A DNA stretch of 61,861 nucleotides, filler included, from Globobulimina sp. (Eukaryota): assembly GCA_003354225.1 (NCBI GenBank). It is 28 parts of 28 records of this genome, joined end to end, with 100 filler letters (N's around TTAATTAATTAA, not from the genome) between each part and the next. Parts side by side here need not be neighbours in the genome. Positions count along the whole stretch, not along the records: positions 57,540 to 59,650 come from PIVH01008900.1; positions 59,751 to 61,861 come from PIVH01008901.1; 26 more parts are not named here. One strand, 5' to 3'. This document shows, piece by piece, positions 57,540 to 61,861 of this stretch. Position 1 is the stretch's first letter; each line of letters opens with the position of its first letter. The position numbers and the translations under genes were made by a program. The notes beneath the pieces were generated by a model, which ran no database searches, was not told the DNA's origin, and saw nothing but the letters and a program-made list of their open reading frames with translations.

Positions 57540-57736
57540 CTGATGGTTTTAGTAAGCGATTTGGATTACATTTTGTGAATTATACAAATAATCTGACCAG
57601 ATATCAAAAACAATCTGCACTGTGGTTTTCAAATTATATTAATAAATATAACCCAAACGCTCAATATAAAGGACCAACATTGCCACCGATTTTTTTGGAA
57701 CATAGAGCAAACTTTTTGCGCTCTGAATTAAATTAA
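57540..57736 (+). CDS. 3' end of the GH1 beta-glucosidase gene (continuation of 59447-59650)
   Basis: DGFSKRFGLHFVNY...QKQSALWF...ELN*; first 97 nt identical to 59554-59650. Confidence 0.9.
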
Positions 57737-57950
57737 ATACGTCGCATGACATTTATCAAACAATTGTAAAACATTTGTGTATCTCAAAAACAATAAACAA
57801 ACGTGTTTTTGATATATCACTGCAAACAAACAAAAACTAAACACATAAAAAGGATATCAAATACACAAATCTGTTCACAAAATTACCTCTAAAACATAAC
57901 TCAAACACTAAATAAAAAAAGGAAAGGAATAAAATATATACTAAATAAAA

Positions 57951-58178
57951 TTATTGTATTATAAAATGATTTTTTAATGATTTAATGATATTCTTCTTCA
58001 TAAAAATTGAAAATTTTGAATAAAAATTATTTTTCTCAATCATTACATCCTGTTTTAAGCGATTTGCTCTATAATTTAATGCTGCATTACATGTACGTTT
58101 TACCTTTGTACTCATTCCTCCAAAACTATCAAATGCCAATGGTATGAATTTATATCCGCTTAATATATCTTCTTCAAA
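57951..58178 (-). mobile_element. 3' fragment of an RLE-type (CRE/R2-like) non-LTR retrotransposon
   Basis: reads FEEDILSGYKFIPLAFDSFGGMS...; F-x-P-x-A-x-(E/D)-x-x-G is typical after the restriction-like endonuclease core. Confidence 0.5.
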
Positions 58179-59650
58179 TATTGAACCCTTTGTAACTTTA
58201 TATCATTGGGATCTGCCTCAAACAGTGTATGATATAACTAATGGCGGATGGATCAACCAATCAATTATTGCTTATTTCGAAACATATGCACAAACTGTAT
58301 TTGATAATTTTGCGGATACTGTTAAATATTGGCTCACTTTCAACGAGCCATTGACTTTCTGTATCAGTGGATATGAGACTGGTTTGTATTCATTTATATG
58401 TAATTGGCCATGACTTAAATGAGATTATTGCTTACAGCATCTGACAAAGTTGCGGTACAGGAATTAAATATAATATAATTTATGTTTCTGTTGCATATAT
58501 TAATATAAATAGGCAATCATGCACCGGGACGATGTACAGGCTGTAAACCATTGGGTGGTAATTCATCAATTGAGCAGTATCAATGTGCACATAATGTATT
58601 ATTATCGCATTCATCCGCTGTAAAATATTTTCGCTCTCAAGGATACGACACAAATGGAGAGAGAATTGGAATCACATTAAACGTGGATTGGGCAGAAGCT
58701 GCGTCCTCCTCGCAAGCAGATTATACTGCAGCTCAGAGACGATTAATATTGTCATTAGCATGGTTTGCTGACCCTATATTTTTTGGCGATTATCCGCAAA
58801 TTATGAAAGAGTATGTTGGTGATAGTTAAGTTGATATATTCTTTAATATACAGATATATAATATAAAAATTTCATATTTATTTTAATTATAAGGATTACC
58901 TAAATTCAGTGAAGAAGAGAAGAAAGATTTAAATGGAAGTCATGATTTTTTTGGTTTAAATCATTACACAACAAAATGGATCATTTCGCGGGATAAATAT
59001 GATGGAAGTGAGCCAAATTGGAGTAGCGACCAAAGAGACAGTGATTCTCCGTGCAACCAATATAATAACACGCCAATCGGATTTAAAGCAGACAGTGATT
59101 GGCTATGGAGTGTGCCGTGGGGTATTTATAAATTAATAAAATGGATAGATAATAGATATGGAACACAACCAATATATATCACAGTCACAGAGAATGGCTG
59201 TGATGTACCAAATGAAGATGCATTGTCATTGGAGAAAATATTAAATGATACTTTTAGGTATTTGTTATAATTCCGATGGTCTGCTTAGAAAAAAGTAAGT
59301 TGGCTTACACAATCCATCGGAATTATGTGTATATAATGTTGCACTTGTTTGTATTTTATGATATTTTCAATGGATTCTAATCCGAATGGACGAATAAATT
59401 CGATTCAGATTACATTTCGTTGGAAATATGTTGTTTGAATATCTAGAATACGATTTTACGACGGATATATTACATCAATTACGAAAGCAAAGAGTGAGGG
59501 ATCTGATATTGTTGGATATTTTGAGTGGTCATTAATGGATAATTTTGAATGGGCTGATGGTTTTAGTAAGCGATTTGGATTACATTTTGTGAATTATACA
59601 AATAATCTGACCAGATATCAAAAACAATCTGCACTGTGGTTTTCAAATTA
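58177..59650 (+). CDS. GH1 beta-glucosidase lacking its N-terminus; introns 58382-58512, 58825-58893, 59258-59446
   Basis: PFVTLYHWDLPQ, acid/base TFNEP, DFFGLNHYTT, nucleophile VTENG, WSLMDNFEW; all three GT-AG introns keep frame. Confidence 0.93.
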
Positions 59651-59750
59651 NNNNNNNNNNNNNNNNNNNNNNNNNNNNNNNNNNNNNNNNNNNNTTAATT
59701 AATTAANNNNNNNNNNNNNNNNNNNNNNNNNNNNNNNNNNNNNNNNNNNN

Positions 59751-61802
59751 TATGTTCAGATTCGTACAACTGTCATCCTGCACGCAGTTTACGACACATT
59801 CCGTATCACCCTGCACTGGGCAATAAATCTTAGCATTTTCGCATAAACCCAACTCCGCAGACTCAGCATAAACAGCACTTTGTGTGTCGCCACAATTCAC
59901 AATGATCGAGGAAGTGAGATCCGTGGCGTTGATTATTTTATTCGTGCATGCATTATCACCGCCAGCTGAGAAATAATTCGGTTGCGCACACTCAATCACA
60001 CAGTAACCATTGCTGTCATACATACAAGAAAAGTTATAAACGTCATGGCTCTCACAAGTTAAACTATTATATTCATCCCAGGATATTTGCAACGTATCTT
60101 GCAGGCTTTGGGTGCATCCACAGACATTATCGTAGCAATAACTGCCTGGAGACACTGTCACGCGCGAATCATAATTGGTGCCGCAGGATATATACCACAT
60201 AGCATAGCAAAAATATTGCTGCGAACATATGCCGCATCCATTCAATTTAAACGTATAATCTGCCAAACCGTTCAAACTGTAAATATTTAAGTTATAGCAA
60301 CCGTAGCCTTGGCAGGTGATGACAGATGGGATATCATTGGGTGCTGCAGGCGGGAGATACAAATCAAATGAACATAATAATGCATCCACGCACCAAATAT
60401 AATCATCTGCATACGATAACAGGTTGACGTTGCTTGCATATTCGGCATGGATTGAACCGGAATGTAATGCGCGTGTTCCAATGGCATTTATATTGACTGT
60501 ATTTGCTGATTCTGCGTAAATATACATATTTGTACACGCCATATATCCGTTACATTGTATATTAAATTCGTTAGTTACGTTGGTCGCAATTATATTAATA
60601 GCATCGCAGGTGTTATTCGACGAACATATCATATTCACCACATGTGCGAATTTCGCGTCAATAGCCATATGTTGACAGGATTTCTCTGCGAAGCATAATA
60701 AATTTATCTCTTTTGCATCAGGTGACGATATACTGCAATTTGTGCAGGAATCTGTAGCTAAACAATCAATATTTATTAAGTTATAGGCATCGCCATAGAT
60801 TTGTGTATATTGACAACTCTGAGGGTCTATACACTTTATATCGCAACGCGAATTTTTATCCGTGGGACAATAGATTTGTGCGTCCATACAGCCATTGTCA
60901 TTGTTACAATTCACCACTAATGAATTCGCAGCCGCGCCGGATATGATTTTGCCATTACATCCGTCCGCATATTCGTCACAGTCAATAATACATTCGGTAC
61001 CAATGCTACATTCAATATTTGCCTGGAAAAAGTCACATTGTTTGGTTGGGGAATTTGTGAATTTGCTATGAATATCTTGTATCATATAAGGACAATCACA
61101 CTGTGAACCAATGAAATGACATTCTAAACCGTCAAAGATGGCGTTATTGACATACTCTTCACCGCAATACATGTACCAATTCTGTACACACTCATCAATG
61201 GAATTGCATTCCTGACAGGCATCAAACGAGGAAATATTTACATCACTCCAACCGTTTATGGCATAAATATCTAAATAAAAGCAGCCATGTCCACGACAAT
61301 AAATATTTAGTTTCTTCTCATTTTCCACGCTCAAATCATCATATTGCGCGGCATACAGATTTGTTTTATAACAGCCATGTTCGCCAAATTGCGAGGAACA
61401 AAATAATGCAAAATTATTGTTGATTTTCTGGGCGTAAATGTTGCCATAATATAGGCCATATTGACCCGTACTATGCACAGTTAAATAATTTGCATGTTGT
61501 GCATAAATATGTGGATAAAAACATGAAAAATCGCCCTTGCACTGAACATCAATCAATTGGGTATTAAACGAGGCGAAAATATTAAACTTATTACACGCCG
61601 CATAGGCGCTGGAATAGACATTATTTACAGTATCAATATCACGCGCTTCGCAAACTAAGGTCAATACATCGGAAAAATTCGCATAAATATTCAAGTTATC
61701 ACAGGCCTCACTCACTATGCATTGCATAGTAATATCAGAGGTATATAATGCGTTAATTTCTGTATAAGAACACGAATCGGCACCGATACAAGTTACATTC
61801 AA
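59751..61802 (-). CDS. large Cys-rich repeat surface/secreted protein, partial at both ends
   Basis: more than 680 open codons of (I/V)xCxxxxsCxxxxIya repeats. Confidence 0.8.
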
Positions 61803-61861
61803 ATATTTGGTGTGGTATCGTGTGGCATGTATTTCTGTTTCAAAACAGGCATTTTTACCAT

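Noticed and set aside
2116-59750. Regularly spaced TTAATTAATTAA motif every ~2.2 kb
   Set aside because: Artificial linker inside N-runs; ORFs ending in X...LIN are by-products

Overview
This window is not one locus. It is 28 unrelated contigs of about 2.11 kb (2115 down to 2111 nt, sorted by length), joined by 27 artificial 100-nt N/TTAATTAATTAA linkers, so adjacency across a linker means nothing. Most contigs come from an AT-rich, compact eukaryotic genome with the standard code and 60-190 nt GT-AG introns. The gene families (RCC1 repeats, Cys-rich secreted proteins, PNO-type reductase, CFAP58) suggest a foraminiferan or other rhizarian protist, which is inference. Recognisable genes include CWF19L1, an SLC6 transporter, topoisomerase II (giant-virus-like), NOL10, an ASCH/TRIP4 protein, CFAP58, DHDH, an OPA-family MFS transporter, ilvC, hyccin, LENG8/THP3, glycogenin-like GT8, H2B, a LINE reverse transcriptase, PNO/CPR, eIF3i and a GH1 glucosidase. 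Several contigs look chimeric, with prokaryote-like pieces fused in, as expected from whole-genome amplification. The most striking signal is five tRNA-like elements that keep the acceptor, D and T arms, with compensatory substitutions between copies, while the anticodon arm is radically altered. Two 'maxi' copies (31331-31583 and 45370-45571) carry a 130-183 nt structured insert. Two 64-nt 'mini' copies (2228-2291 and 32582-32645) have a 12-nt anticodon stub, and one further copy is truncated. Other leads are a terminally redundant GH1 contig with a retroelement junction, an F-box-like motif shared by RCC1 and ankyrin proteins, and short templated insertions that break genes.
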